This document shows positions 1 to 9,518 of a DNA stretch of 34,570 bases, one piece after another (position 1 is the stretch's first letter; the number at the start of each line of letters is the position of its first letter). A program made the translations under genes and the position numbers. The stretch comes from Desulfobacterales bacterium (lineage in GTDB: Bacteria > Desulfobacterota > Desulfobacteria > Desulfobacterales > UBA5616), in NCBI GenBank assembly GCA_046483495.1, contig JAWODC010000011.1, positions 1 to 34,570 of the forward strand, written 5' to 3'. The notes under the pieces are model-generated. The model did no database searches. It saw only the letters and a program-made list of their open reading frames with translations, and was not told the DNA's origin.

Positions 1-1
1 C

Positions 2-757
2 ATTTCCAAGGAAAATGAATCCGCTTACATAGACCATTTCCGGCATATACTTGGAAGTAGTTTTAATCGGTATCAACTGCTCAACCTGATTACAGCCCTG
101 TGGAAGACAAGACGAATAAGGCTTCTGATCAAGCAGGCTGCATCTCTCACGCAGTCAAAGCCCCTGGTCAAAGACCCGCTTGCGGTATGCTCAGTCGAAT
201 GGCTGTCATCGACGTTCAATATGGATGTCGTGGTTGTCATCCGGCATCCTGCCGCGGTCGTCAACAGCTACAAGCAGCTGAACTGGTCTCATCCTTTTTC
301 TCATTTTCTCGACCAAGACTTGCTGATAAGAGATCATCTCTCTTCGTATAAAACCGAAATCGGTGACTTCGTAAGTGGGAACCGTGATATCGTTGACCAG
401 GCCGGCCTGCTCTGGAAATTATTGCACCACATGATAATCGAATACCAGTGCGGTCACACCGATTGGCATTTTGTGCGTCATGAAGACCTTTCGATGGATC
501 CGATGTCCGGTTTTCGGGTAATTTTCGACAAACTGGGTCTGCCGTTCGATGACCGAATACGCCGAGTCATTGAAAAAAACAGCCGGCATGCAAAACCGGC
601 TGAGCTGAAGAATCCCTATGCCATCAAGCGCAGCAGCGCACAGGCAACAGGGTCCTGGAAAGATCAGCTGACCGCAGAAGAGGTCGACAAAATTCGTTTA
701 CGGGTCAAAGATGTGGCCGACGCATTTTACAGTGCAGAAGAATGGAAAACACATTGA
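2..757 (+). CDS. Sulfotransferase family protein (5'-truncated by window edge)
   Basis: The frame is open from position 2 into ORF 221..757. It shows PLVKDP...VVVIRHPAAVVNS (3'-phosphate-binding RxP..S motif), VRHEDLSMDP and a C-terminal WKDQLT, typical of bacterial sulfotransferases. Confidence 0.8.
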   Translation: MSKENESAYIDHFRHILGSSFNRYQLLNLITALWKTRRIRLLIKQAASLTQSKPLVKDPLAVCSVEWLSSTFNMDVVVVIRHPAAVVNSYKQLNWSHPFSHFLDQDLLIRDHLSSYKTEIGDFVSGNRDIVDQAGLLWKLLHHMIIEYQCGHTDWHFVRHEDLSMDPMSGFRVIFDKLGLPFDDRIRRVIEKNSRHAKPAELKNPYAIKRSSAQATGSWKDQLTAEEVDKIRLRVKDVADAFYSAEEWKTH

Positions 758-788
758 AACTTCATTATGGTTTTGGAGATAAAGGCTG

Positions 789-1712
789 GTGATACAGGAG
801 CGGGAAAGAATTGCCGTTATCGTGCTGACGTATAATCAGCGGGATTTGACTCTGAAATGCATTGAGAGTTTGCTTGCGGCAACGCGTTTGCCTTTTCATA
901 CCGTTGTCTGGGACAATGGATCTCATGACGGCACCTCTGATGCCTTGCAAAAGATGTATCCGCAGGTATTGGTGCATCACCATGATACCAATCTCGGTGT
1001 GGCTTCCGGCCGGAATGCCGCCGCCGATCTGGCAATGAAGACGTTTGACGCGACCCACCTGCTGTTTCTTGACAACGACATGGTGGTTGCGCCCGGTTTC
1101 GTGGACGCCCTGTTCAGGCCTTTTCGTGAGAATGGCCGGGTGGGCCAAACCCAGGCCAAGCTGCGCTATATGCATGATCCGGAACGTCTGAACGACGGCG
1201 GCGGCGCCCGTATCAGTTATCTGCTGTGGCGAATAACGCCCGTCGGGGTCGGAGAAGTGGACCGCGGACAGCATGATACGGTCAAGAAATGCACCGCCTG
1301 TGGTGGGGCCATGATGGTCCGCGCCGACATTTTTCGTGCACTCGACGGTTTCGACCCGAAATTCGGGCCGTTCGGCCCCGAGGATCTGGATTTCTCCCTG
1401 CGGCTGCAGAAAGCCGGGCATCATGCCCTCTATATCCCGCAGGCAGTTGCCTATCATCTTGTTAACCACACGATGGGAAGAGGGTATACGGAAGAGTATG
1501 CGCGGCATAAGATGCGCCACTGGTTTATCTTCATGCGCCGGCATGCCTCGATGCTCCAACAGTTGGGCTTTTTTTGTCTTGGGGCTCCTTACCTGGTGTT
1601 TTGCGTACTGATGCGCGAAGGTAGAAAAGGAAATTATCAGGCATTGCGGGGGCTCTTTCAGGGGCTGATCGACTATTCCAGGGCATCCCTGGGTAAGGGT
1701 GTCGACCGTTAG
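789..1712 (+). CDS. Glycosyltransferase family 2
   Basis: VIVLTYN, VVWDNGSHDGT, NLGVASGRN, LLFLDND (DxD), GFDPKF..EDLDFSLR motifs. Confidence 0.92.
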   Translation: MIQERERIAVIVLTYNQRDLTLKCIESLLAATRLPFHTVVWDNGSHDGTSDALQKMYPQVLVHHHDTNLGVASGRNAAADLAMKTFDATHLLFLDNDMVVAPGFVDALFRPFRENGRVGQTQAKLRYMHDPERLNDGGGARISYLLWRITPVGVGEVDRGQHDTVKKCTACGGAMMVRADIFRALDGFDPKFGPFGPEDLDFSLRLQKAGHHALYIPQAVAYHLVNHTMGRGYTEEYARHKMRHWFIFMRRHASMLQQLGFFCLGAPYLVFCVLMREGRKGNYQALRGLFQGLIDYSRASLGKGVDR

Positions 1713-1771
1713 TACTTATCCCGGGTCTTTGGAAAGATCCCTGGGCCCAAAGCATTTTGAACGATTCATAT

Positions 1772-1800
1772 AAGCCGGGTTTTCGGATCCGGCTTTTTTT
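1772..1800 (+). terminator. Intrinsic terminator after GT2 gene
   Basis: Stem AAGCCGG/CCGGCTT followed by a T run. Confidence 0.75.
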
Positions 1801-1869
1801 AGTTTCTGATTCATGAAAATTGTATATTTGAACCGATCAGTAAGATTCAGGCAAGTCTATTACTAGTAA

Positions 1870-1938
1870 AAATCGAAATTTGAAACTCAAAACACGAAAC
1901 AAATTCAAAATTCAAAATTCAAAATTCAAAATTCGAAA
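1870..1938. repeat. Heptamer tandem repeat (AAATTCA)n
   Basis: Five near-perfect units at 1901-1935, preceded by degenerate units. The array is flanked by ACTAGT at 1862-1867 and 1960-1965. Confidence 0.85.
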
Positions 1939-1973
1939 CAGGACGCCGTATCGAAGTTCACTAGTCAAACTCA

Positions 1974-4874
1974 TCACGGATTGGTATTCCCGCCTTGCTC
2001 GCCGATGCCGTCCTGCTGTCCCTTTTCCTGGATGCCGGTTTGTTCCGGCTGCGTCTCCATGAGCCCTTCCAAGGCTTTCTGGAGATCCTCCAAAGCGCCG
2101 GCAGCCTCACGGAAGCGTTTATCCGCAAGACGTCCGAGGTATTCATTAAACGCCCTGTCCGCCTGCTGAATCAGACCCTCGAGCCCGATGCCCGGGGCCG
2201 GTACGGCTGCCCGGCCGTCCGTGGGGCGCATGCCTTCCCCCTCGAGAAGCAGATTGAGAGCCTCTTCGAAGCTTTCCCCATAGGTCATGTTGTCCCCCTG
2301 CATGACGACCACAAGCCGCAATTCCGGGTAGGCGGCCGTTACCGCCTGCAGGTAAATGGGCTCTACATACAGCAGTGACTTTTTAATGGGAATAACAAGG
2401 ACGTTTCCCCGGATGACCTGGGAACCCCGCTGGTCCCAAAGCGTAAGTTGCCCCGAAAGAAATCGGTCCTGGTCAATTTTTGTCTCCACCTGCTGAGTCC
2501 CGATGACGCGTTCCTGCTTGGGGAAGTTGTACCCTAAAAGGCGTCCGTAATTGGGCGGGTCGCACATTCCGGCGATCCAACCGATGAGGACCTGGCGGTT
2601 TTTCGGGGTAAACGGGAGCATCAATATAAATTCCACGGCGTTCCTGTCCGGCGGTTCCCACATGATATAGTACGGCTCTACCGGCTGAACATCACCGTAA
2701 TACTTTTCCGTGGCCCTGACCCACAAATCTTCCTGATTGTAAAAAACCGTCGGATCGGTCATATGGTACTTGGCATATACCAGTCCTTGTATCTCCAGCA
2801 GATCGGCAGGATATCGGATGTGATTGTAAAGGGGTTCGGGCATTGCTTCCTTCTTTTTGAACAGCCCTGGAAAGATCTTGTCCCATACGGTTATGAGCGG
2901 GTCATTTTCCTCGAAAATGTATAAATCCACGGATCCGTTGTAGGCATCGATCACCGCCTTTACCGAATTGCGGATGTAATTGATTTGGCCGAGACCTTTC
3001 TCTTCGTACTTCAACTCGGCGGAGATGGGCCTTTCCGTAGTGGTGCCGACTCCGGACCACACTCCTGAGGAGAACGGTTCACTGTAAGGGTATCGACTCG
3101 AAGTGGTATAGCAATCCGCAATCCAGTAGAGCCTTCCTTCCGCCATAACGATATAGGGATCCCTGTCAAAAGCCAAAAACGGGGCCAGGGTCCGCAGCCG
3201 ATGCTTGATTTCCCGGTGGAACATGATGCGGCTCTCGGCGATGGGATATTCGGAAAGAAGAAAAGGCGTCCCATCGAATTTCCAGCCGAATAAAAATTTT
3301 CTGAAAAAATTTTCCAGAGGTACGCCCCCGTTTCCCTGGTAGTGCGTATAGACGTTCGCATCGCCCTTTGGGTAATTCAGTTCCTGTTCCCTTGAATTCC
3401 CCACGACATAGGATTGTGTGAGTTCACCATAGTAAATTTCGGGCCTTTTTACCTCGAGCGATTCGACGCGGGCAACCGGCGGAATATTCTTGATCAGCAG
3501 ATACGGAAGGCCTTCCGGGGTAAATCTGCTCACCTCGTTCATCGTAATGCCGTATCCATGGGTGTATTTGAAACGCCGGTTTACGAAGGTTTGACTTTCG
3601 GAAGGGAGATTGGCCGTTTCCAATTCCCGGGCGGAGACCATCACCTGCTTGTAATCCCCGTCGACGTTATACCGGTCGATGTCCACATCCGCGAACTCGT
3701 AATAAAGACGGATTTCCTGAAACTGCTTGAAAACGGCGTCCAGCGCCCTGGGATCCCACAGGCGTATGTTTTCGAACAGGTTTTCATTTTCCGCCACCAT
3801 TGCTTTCGTGAACCTTTCAAGGGTGGGAAATTCACGCTCTTCCACGTTGTGCAGGCCGAATCCATGCCGGGTGAGTTCGATATTGTTGGCGATGTAAGGC
3901 CTTTCAAATGTGATTTCGTTGGGTTCTACCCTGAGCCACTGGAAGAGGCCGGGAACGACCGTTAGTGCGACAAACCAGACGGCGGCAATCGCCAGCCCCG
4001 CTCCAATGTACGTTTTGAACGGAGAATCTTCGTAGCCGAGTTTCAGAGGACCTGAAAGGCGTTTCAGCCGTTTTCTCATACCGGGGAACAGGAGGGCAAG
4101 ACCGATGACGCCCGTCAATAAAGCCGTAATCCAATATGCGGGCATTCGGATATGAACGTCCGTCCATCCCGGACCGGTGACAATGCCCCCGCTTGCGTAC
4201 ATGAGATGGAATCGGTCCAGATATTTTCCCCAGGCCAGCACGAGGATCAAAGCGGCGGCTGAAATGGAAAGAGCCCTCTGATAAGAGGCTTCACGCTGCT
4301 TTGGCATCTGGGGCCCGATTTGAACGGAATCTCCCGCCACCCTGACGAGACCCGCCAGAACGACGCTTCCAAAAGAGATGATGGTTAAGAGAATCAAAAC
4401 GTTGTAAACAGCATCGAGCAGCGGCAGGGTAAAGAAATAAAATCCCGTGTCCATGTCCAGAATGGGGTCCGCGACATCGGTGGACACCCCGTTGAAAAAT
4501 TTCAAGATGACTTCCCAGGAGGCATACCCCCAAATGCCGCCGATGAAGGCGCCCAACCCTCGAGCACCGTAACGGGCGATGCGCCGTTCCCTGCCGAGAC
4601 CGTAAGTGAGCAGAGTGACCAGCAGCCAGCCACCGACCAGTCCGCCCAGGGCAAATCCGGCTTGTGAAAAAAATACCAGGAGAAAACGCCGGGAATATCC
4701 CAGGGATTGAAACCACAGCAGTTCCCCGTAAAAACCCAGAAACCAGAAGAGGAGGAATGTTAAGGCGGCCACCACCACTCCCGCGAAAATTCTTACGTGA
4801 CTTCGCCGTTTAAAACCGCTGATGACGAGTGCGGCACCGAATCCCAGCAAAACGGCGATAATGATGATATACAT
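1974..4874 (-). CDS. UPF0182 family membrane protein
   Basis: N-terminal TM helices and family motifs DPILDMDTGFYFF, NIRLWD, QFQEIRLYYEFADVDIDRY, YTHGYG, NYIRNSVK, VIRGNVLVIP, LYVEPIY. Start placed at ATG 4874 behind an AAAGGAG RBS rather than GTG 4901. Confidence 0.93.
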   Translation of the reverse strand: MYIIIIAVLLGFGAALVISGFKRRSHVRIFAGVVVAALTFLLFWFLGFYGELLWFQSLGYSRRFLLVFFSQAGFALGGLVGGWLLVTLLTYGLGRERRIARYGARGLGAFIGGIWGYASWEVILKFFNGVSTDVADPILDMDTGFYFFTLPLLDAVYNVLILLTIISFGSVVLAGLVRVAGDSVQIGPQMPKQREASYQRALSISAAALILVLAWGKYLDRFHLMYASGGIVTGPGWTDVHIRMPAYWITALLTGVIGLALLFPGMRKRLKRLSGPLKLGYEDSPFKTYIGAGLAIAAVWFVALTVVPGLFQWLRVEPNEITFERPYIANNIELTRHGFGLHNVEEREFPTLERFTKAMVAENENLFENIRLWDPRALDAVFKQFQEIRLYYEFADVDIDRYNVDGDYKQVMVSARELETANLPSESQTFVNRRFKYTHGYGITMNEVSRFTPEGLPYLLIKNIPPVARVESLEVKRPEIYYGELTQSYVVGNSREQELNYPKGDANVYTHYQGNGGVPLENFFRKFLFGWKFDGTPFLLSEYPIAESRIMFHREIKHRLRTLAPFLAFDRDPYIVMAEGRLYWIADCYTTSSRYPYSEPFSSGVWSGVGTTTERPISAELKYEEKGLGQINYIRNSVKAVIDAYNGSVDLYIFEENDPLITVWDKIFPGLFKKKEAMPEPLYNHIRYPADLLEIQGLVYAKYHMTDPTVFYNQEDLWVRATEKYYGDVQPVEPYYIMWEPPDRNAVEFILMLPFTPKNRQVLIGWIAGMCDPPNYGRLLGYNFPKQERVIGTQQVETKIDQDRFLSGQLTLWDQRGSQVIRGNVLVIPIKKSLLYVEPIYLQAVTAAYPELRLVVVMQGDNMTYGESFEEALNLLLEGEGMRPTDGRAAVPAPGIGLEGLIQQADRAFNEYLGRLADKRFREAAGALEDLQKALEGLMETQPEQTGIQEKGQQDGIGEQGGNTNP

Positions 4875-5058
4875 GGGCTGCTCCTTTACGTGAAGTCGCA
4901 CAAATCAATAAGGCCAGATTAACCCCGGATCAGCCTCTGTACAAATGGGTCCTATCCTGTATTTTCGATGAATTCCTATGGATTAGGAAACCTTAACGGC
5001 ACATTGGGAGGACAGCAGCGGTAAAGCCGCAAAGAGGCGCTGATATACTATATCGTGA

Positions 5059-5994
5059 TCAGCCGTATATTACCGGTGTTGAATATTCCGGTCTTTCATG
5101 CGCCTTCCAAAAAGCCTCGTGCAGCTTCATCGTGATGGGGCCCGGCTTGCCGCCGCTGAGTGGAATGTTATCGATGGATTTTACGGGCATGATGCCTCCC
5201 GCCGTGGTGCACATAAAGATTTCATCGGCTGCACGAACGGCATCTGCGGGAATCCTGCACGCTTCGGCCGGAATGTTCAATTCTTTGGCAAGCTCGAAGA
5301 CGGTGAGACGCGTAATGCCCAGCAGGCAGTTCGAATCCGGAGTGAACAGTTTGCCGTCTTTGATAATAAAAACGTTAAACCCCACGCCTTCGGCAAGGTT
5401 GCCGTCAAGATCGAGCAGAAACGCGGTTTTCGCGCCCTTTTCATGGGCTTCCCTTTCGGCCCGCGTCAGGTCTCCCCAATGCTGGTTTTTTATCGTCGGA
5501 TCGACAGACGCTTCCGGAATTCGGGGGACTACGCTGATGATGACATCGGTCCCGATCTTCTGCTCTTCCGGATCGACAATCCAGATGAACGGCACGGCAA
5601 AGGCATAAAACATCGGGTGGTACTTTGTCATATCCCGGGGGTCTTCCAGATCCGGCAGCCCCCGTGTCGCCGCCATGTAAACATAGGCATCCCTAAGCTG
5701 TGCGCGGGCAACCATGTCGATCAAAATCTGTTTCATTTCCGCTTTGGTGTAAGGCATGTCGAAGCCGAGCCCCTGATAACTTCGTTCGAAGCGATTCATA
5801 TGTTCGTTCAGTCGGAAAAAGCTCCCCTTCCAGACACTCACCACATCATAGCACACGTCGCTGTGCAAAAAGCCCATATCGATCATGGGAATACGCGCTT
5901 CGAGTATCGAAACGATTCGGCTGCCGTCAAAAGCAATGCCCATCGAGAACTCCGAGTCCTCATTCATTTCGATGCCGGGTTCCTGTAATGCCAT
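5059..5994 (-). CDS. Aminotransferase class IV, (R)-selective amine transaminase-like
   Basis: ARIPMIDMGFLHSDVCYDVVSVWKGSFFRL, PLP-lysine region DPTIKNQHWGDL, EGVGFN, LLGITR, DEIFMCTTAGGIMP. GGGGAG RBS. Confidence 0.88.
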   Translation of the reverse strand: MALQEPGIEMNEDSEFSMGIAFDGSRIVSILEARIPMIDMGFLHSDVCYDVVSVWKGSFFRLNEHMNRFERSYQGLGFDMPYTKAEMKQILIDMVARAQLRDAYVYMAATRGLPDLEDPRDMTKYHPMFYAFAVPFIWIVDPEEQKIGTDVIISVVPRIPEASVDPTIKNQHWGDLTRAEREAHEKGAKTAFLLDLDGNLAEGVGFNVFIIKDGKLFTPDSNCLLGITRLTVFELAKELNIPAEACRIPADAVRAADEIFMCTTAGGIMPVKSIDNIPLSGGKPGPITMKLHEAFWKAHERPEYSTPVIYG

Positions 5995-6038
5995 CTTCTC
6001 CCCCTTTTTTTGATGTGTTGTTGCGCTGATGCTTATTT

Positions 6039-6182
6039 AGTGTCCATCCATAAACGGCCCTTTCACGCGATTTCTGCGTTGGACGCAAGATCGAAATCCT
6101 CAAAACAGCACACGATTCCTGCGGTTTCGATCTTGGGTTCGCTTTGAACTCACGCGAAATTGCCTGTTTCCGGATGGACACT
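6039..6182. mobile_element. 144-bp palindromic MITE/REP-like element, copy A
   Basis: Perfect 11-bp terminal inverted repeat AGTGTCCATCC/GGATGGACACT with nested internal stems. A near-identical copy lies at 34171-34314. Confidence 0.8.
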
Positions 6183-6184
6183 TT

Positions 6185-6643
6185 TTATGATGTCATGTCG
6201 ATTTCAACGACATGTTGAAATTGATCTACCACGAAATAGCGTGACACTCTTAGCACGATCAATCGGGTCGAATGGGATGCGGCGAAATCGGCAAGGTACG
6301 GGTGCTTTTCCAGGTAGATGCCTTTTAACGTGATCAGGGAATCGCCTGATGCCATTTCCACGGTGCCTGTAGCTGTAGCCGCCATAGCCTTTTCGATGTC
6401 CATTGACGTATTGGACCGGCTGTCGATCAGCATTGCCGCACGGGGATCCGACACGAGGTTGGCGTATTTCTTTGAAGAGGCAGGGGTTATGAAGATAAGC
6501 TGCACCAAGTCCGTCGAGCAGGCAAATGCCATTAAACTGGTGTAGGGTTGACCGTGATCATGCGTTGCCAGAACGCCGAATTTCTGGGTACTCATCAAGT
6601 CTTCCAACGCATGCCACGCGGATTCGGATTGACCTTTTGTCAT
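6185..6643 (-). CDS. Pyridoxamine 5'-phosphate oxidase-like FMN-binding split-barrel protein
   Basis: GVLATHDHGQPYTSLMAF, FITPASSKKYANLVSDPRAAMLID. Start placed at ATG 6643 behind AGGGGTG. Confidence 0.85.
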   Translation of the reverse strand: MTKGQSESAWHALEDLMSTQKFGVLATHDHGQPYTSLMAFACSTDLVQLIFITPASSKKYANLVSDPRAAMLIDSRSNTSMDIEKAMAATATGTVEMASGDSLITLKGIYLEKHPYLADFAASHSTRLIVLRVSRYFVVDQFQHVVEIDMTS

Positions 6644-6788
6644 TCGATCACCCCTGAAATACAAACATCCAATATTCGGTGTTTATGATCCTTTAAACCA
6701 ATACGCCCGTTTTGGTGTATCTCTTGAGCAAATCGCTCTTCGATTCTGAAATCACACCTGTTTATACGGGTGCTTACGCTTTTTCGGT

Positions 6789-7595
6789 TCAGGACACTTT
6801 AGCGGAAGCGGCTGCAACCGTCTCCCTGGATAAGGCATCACCGTGGGCCCTGGTCCAGCTTTCAAGCCATGGCGCCTCCGCGTCGAACGGGTTTGTTCTC
6901 ATGGCAAAGACATAAAAATAGGGATAGTTCTCATGGGTATACTCCATATACGAGACCCACTGCCGGATCAAGTAGCCGTAGGCCCGCTCGAGGTCGTTTT
7001 TGAGGTGACTCCGGTCCTCCTCGGAAATGTCGGCCAAATCACGTGCGGCAAGCTCTTCGGTGATGTGGAACGTGGCCATGAGGGACCTTGTAAAATTCTC
7101 ATGTTCGAGAAGATTCGGGTTTTGAAGAAGGTCGACAAGAAAGTGACGGTGCTCTCTCAAGAAAAGCTCGAGTTGCTCCAGGTCGATTTTTTCCAAATCG
7201 AGATTGCCGTGGTACCGCTCTACGGCCTGGTGGGCGGCCTTGAAGTCGGGCTCTGAGCCGGCACGGTCCATGATGACGGCATCTCTGATTTTTTTCAGGG
7301 AGGTGTCCGCGCTGGACAGATAGGCCAATAAAAGCTTGCCGAACTCGCTGAAAAACGTCTCGATCACCATGTTCAGTTTTTTAAGTTTGGACCGCTTTTC
7401 CCATTCTCCGAGCAGGTGGTGAATAATCAGGGTAACGAGCAGCACTTCGATAAAGACGAAGGCGACATCACCCACCATATAAATGAAAATGTGGTGGGGA
7501 TCACGAAAAATTAAATAGTGGAGAAAATAGAAGGCGATCGATAACACCAGAAGCAGAATGCCTATATAAAATCGCCAGTTCAGTAATCGGCTCAT
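6789..7595 (-). CDS. Conserved hypothetical membrane protein (2 N-terminal TM helices plus helical soluble domain)
   Basis: Two hydrophobic segments followed by KKLNMVIETFFSE, LLQNPNLLEHE and RTNPFD blocks. Start placed at ATG 7595 (GAGGA RBS) because the longer start lies inside a repeat. Confidence 0.7.
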   Translation of the reverse strand: MSRLLNWRFYIGILLLVLSIAFYFLHYLIFRDPHHIFIYMVGDVAFVFIEVLLVTLIIHHLLGEWEKRSKLKKLNMVIETFFSEFGKLLLAYLSSADTSLKKIRDAVIMDRAGSEPDFKAAHQAVERYHGNLDLEKIDLEQLELFLREHRHFLVDLLQNPNLLEHENFTRSLMATFHITEELAARDLADISEEDRSHLKNDLERAYGYLIRQWVSYMEYTHENYPYFYVFAMRTNPFDAEAPWLESWTRAHGDALSRETVAAASAKVS

Positions 7596-7620
7596 CGCGT
7601 GTTCCTCGGAGATGAAATTT

Positions 7621-7701
7621 GTGTCCATTCGGAAATGAGATGATTCGTTTCAGGTATAAACGGTCGGAAAATAGAGTGAATCAGCATTTCCGGATGGACA
7701 T
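7621..7701. repeat. Short (~80 bp) palindromic element with the same ends as copy A
   Basis: TGTCCATTCGGAAATG ... CATTTCCGGATGGACA (16-bp IR, 1 mismatch), plus an inner TGATTC/GAATCA stem. Confidence 0.7.
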
Positions 7702-7856
7702 ATTTATGGAATATGTCTAATATATATCTAATATGCAAGACAGCCTTTTACAAGCAGAATAAATTATGACCCACTAGGATTCGCTTGTCAACCAGGCGTT
7801 TTTACCGAATTTGAATCCGAAAGAAGCCGTTCGTCCAAATCCGAAAGAAGGCTTTT

Positions 7857-8396
7857 ATGGATGAGCATCGATCGAGATATGCGATGACTCGGGAACCGGA
7901 CCGTCCGGGCGGTACGCCGCATCAGAACCGGCGCGTTAGAAGCCTGTCCGGTCTGGCGGTTTGGATTGCCCTGTGCCTGGCAACCGGCTGGGCGGGCTCT
8001 CTGGTTACGGATCCCCGGTGGTATGAACGTCTTGTACAGCCCTCCTGGAGTCCTCCAGCATATGTTTTCGGGCCTGTATGGACCTTGCTCTACATCCTTA
8101 TGGGTGCTGCCGCGTGGCTGGTGTGGAAGGAGTACGGTTTTTCAAAAGCCGGGGGGGTTCTGATGCTTTTCCTGGTGCATCTCCTCTTGAATGCCGGATG
8201 GTCGTATCTCTTCTTCGGTATGCGGGCAATGGGGGCCGCCTTGGCGGAACTGATTGTTCTCTGGGGTATGATCCTGGCGATTGTAATCGGTTTTGGACGC
8301 AAGCGGCGGCTTGCAGGAGTACTTATGATTCCATACCTTGCCTGGGTCGCCTACGCCGGGCTGCTCAATTTTTCATTGTGGCGGCTTAACAGCTGA
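7857..8396 (+). CDS. tspO: TspO/MBR family tryptophan-rich sensory protein
   Basis: WYERLVQPSWSPPAYVFGPVWTLLYILMG, LNAGWSYLFFG, PYLAWVAYAGLLN. Confidence 0.93.
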   Translation: MDEHRSRYAMTREPDRPGGTPHQNRRVRSLSGLAVWIALCLATGWAGSLVTDPRWYERLVQPSWSPPAYVFGPVWTLLYILMGAAAWLVWKEYGFSKAGGVLMLFLVHLLLNAGWSYLFFGMRAMGAALAELIVLWGMILAIVIGFGRKRRLAGVLMIPYLAWVAYAGLLNFSLWRLNS

Positions 8397-8431
8397 ATTG
8401 CAAGAACGGATACCGGATTCCGGCGACGGCA

Positions 8432-9226
8432 TCATCCTTTTTCTTTATCGGAAAACCGCTTTGCCTGCTCACCGAAAGAAGCGCCGCTTCCCGCACCAAG
8501 GCAGATGTCCGTTTCCAGCCGAAGACCGGCGTCCAGCGGGGACGACATGGCCAGGTTTACGGCCCGTTTGGCGCCCTCGACAAGTTTAGGATCGAATCCG
8601 GCGATTTCCCGGGCCAGTTTCAGAGCTTCGTCCATGAGCCGGCCTTTTGGATACACATGATCGACAAGCCCCACCCGCAGGGCTTCTGACGCATCGATCC
8701 TTCTACCCGTAAGGATCAGCTCCTTGGCAATACCCGGGCTGATGATGCGCGGCAGGCGCTGTGTGCTGCCCAAATCCGGTATGACGCCGAATCGGATTTC
8801 CGGCAGGGAAAAGAGGGCCGTTTCACTCGAGAGCCGCATATCACAGCAAAGCGTCAGCTCGAAGCCGGCGCCGAAGCAGTATCCGTTTATGGCACAAATG
8901 ACCGGAACGGCTAAATCTTCATACAGCGTGAATATGGATTTCAACCCGTAAAGCCGGTCGAAGCCATCCCGGTACCGGTCTAAAACAGCGCGTCCGCCTT
9001 TTCCGGAGGCGACCATCTTCAGGTCGATGCCGGCGGAAAAGGCCTTTTCCCCGGCACCCGTCAAAACGGCCGCCCGCACATCCGGGGTCTCTTTCAGATG
9101 CATCGCGGCGTCGCGAAGTCCGAGAAATGCATCGGCGTTGAGTGCATTCATGGCATCAGGCCGGTTGATGGTCACAATAGCGACGGCATCTTCGATTTGG
9201 AGGTCAACGGCATCATTGGCTGTCAT
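8432..9226 (-). CDS. Enoyl-CoA hydratase/isomerase (crotonase family)
   Basis: [52 protein letters not shown]. Start placed at ATG 9226 behind AAAGGAG. Confidence 0.93.
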   Translation of the reverse strand: MTANDAVDLQIEDAVAIVTINRPDAMNALNADAFLGLRDAAMHLKETPDVRAAVLTGAGEKAFSAGIDLKMVASGKGGRAVLDRYRDGFDRLYGLKSIFTLYEDLAVPVICAINGYCFGAGFELTLCCDMRLSSETALFSLPEIRFGVIPDLGSTQRLPRIISPGIAKELILTGRRIDASEALRVGLVDHVYPKGRLMDEALKLAREIAGFDPKLVEGAKRAVNLAMSSPLDAGLRLETDICLGAGSGASFGEQAKRFSDKEKG

Positions 9227-9518
9227 GGTATTCGATACTCCTTTCAACCATTTTTCGAATCGGTTAAATTTTTATATCACCCAACCCGGAAAAAAAGCAA
9301 GCAGCCCTTTATGCGGTTAACGGGTATGGCCCGGCAACATCACCTTTTTTATGTTTAATACCGGTGCTCAGGTACGCCAAGATGCTTGACAAAAAAAGGG
9401 CGGGGTGCTCTATTTGGTTTCCTGACCCAATCGGAATGGTTTAAATGATAGGTTGCGCAAGTTTAATGTCAAACCGTGAAAACAACAGATCAGGAAACAT
9501 AAAACGAAAGGAGAAAAA

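Noticed and set aside
1880..2062. 60-aa ORF containing KFKIQNSKFKI
   Set aside because: It is the translation of the heptamer repeat, has a TTG start with no RBS, and overlaps the UPF0182 gene.
5098..5988. 296-aa plus-strand ORF
   Set aside because: Antisense shadow of the aminotransferase gene.
5960..6181. Similar small ORFs here and at 34011..34235 (RISIL.PTQKSRERA.YGWTL)
   Set aside because: The similarity comes entirely from the repeated 144-bp element. Starts and ends differ, so there is no evidence for a protein.
6039..6182. Palindromic elements after stop codons as integron attC sites
   Set aside because: They lack RYYYAAC/GTTRRRY ends, their orientation relative to genes is inconsistent, and there is no integrase or cassette array.
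9386..9416. Sigma-70 promoter for the CGGC gene
   Set aside because: TTGACA is perfect, but there is no convincing -10 element at 16-18 bp spacing.
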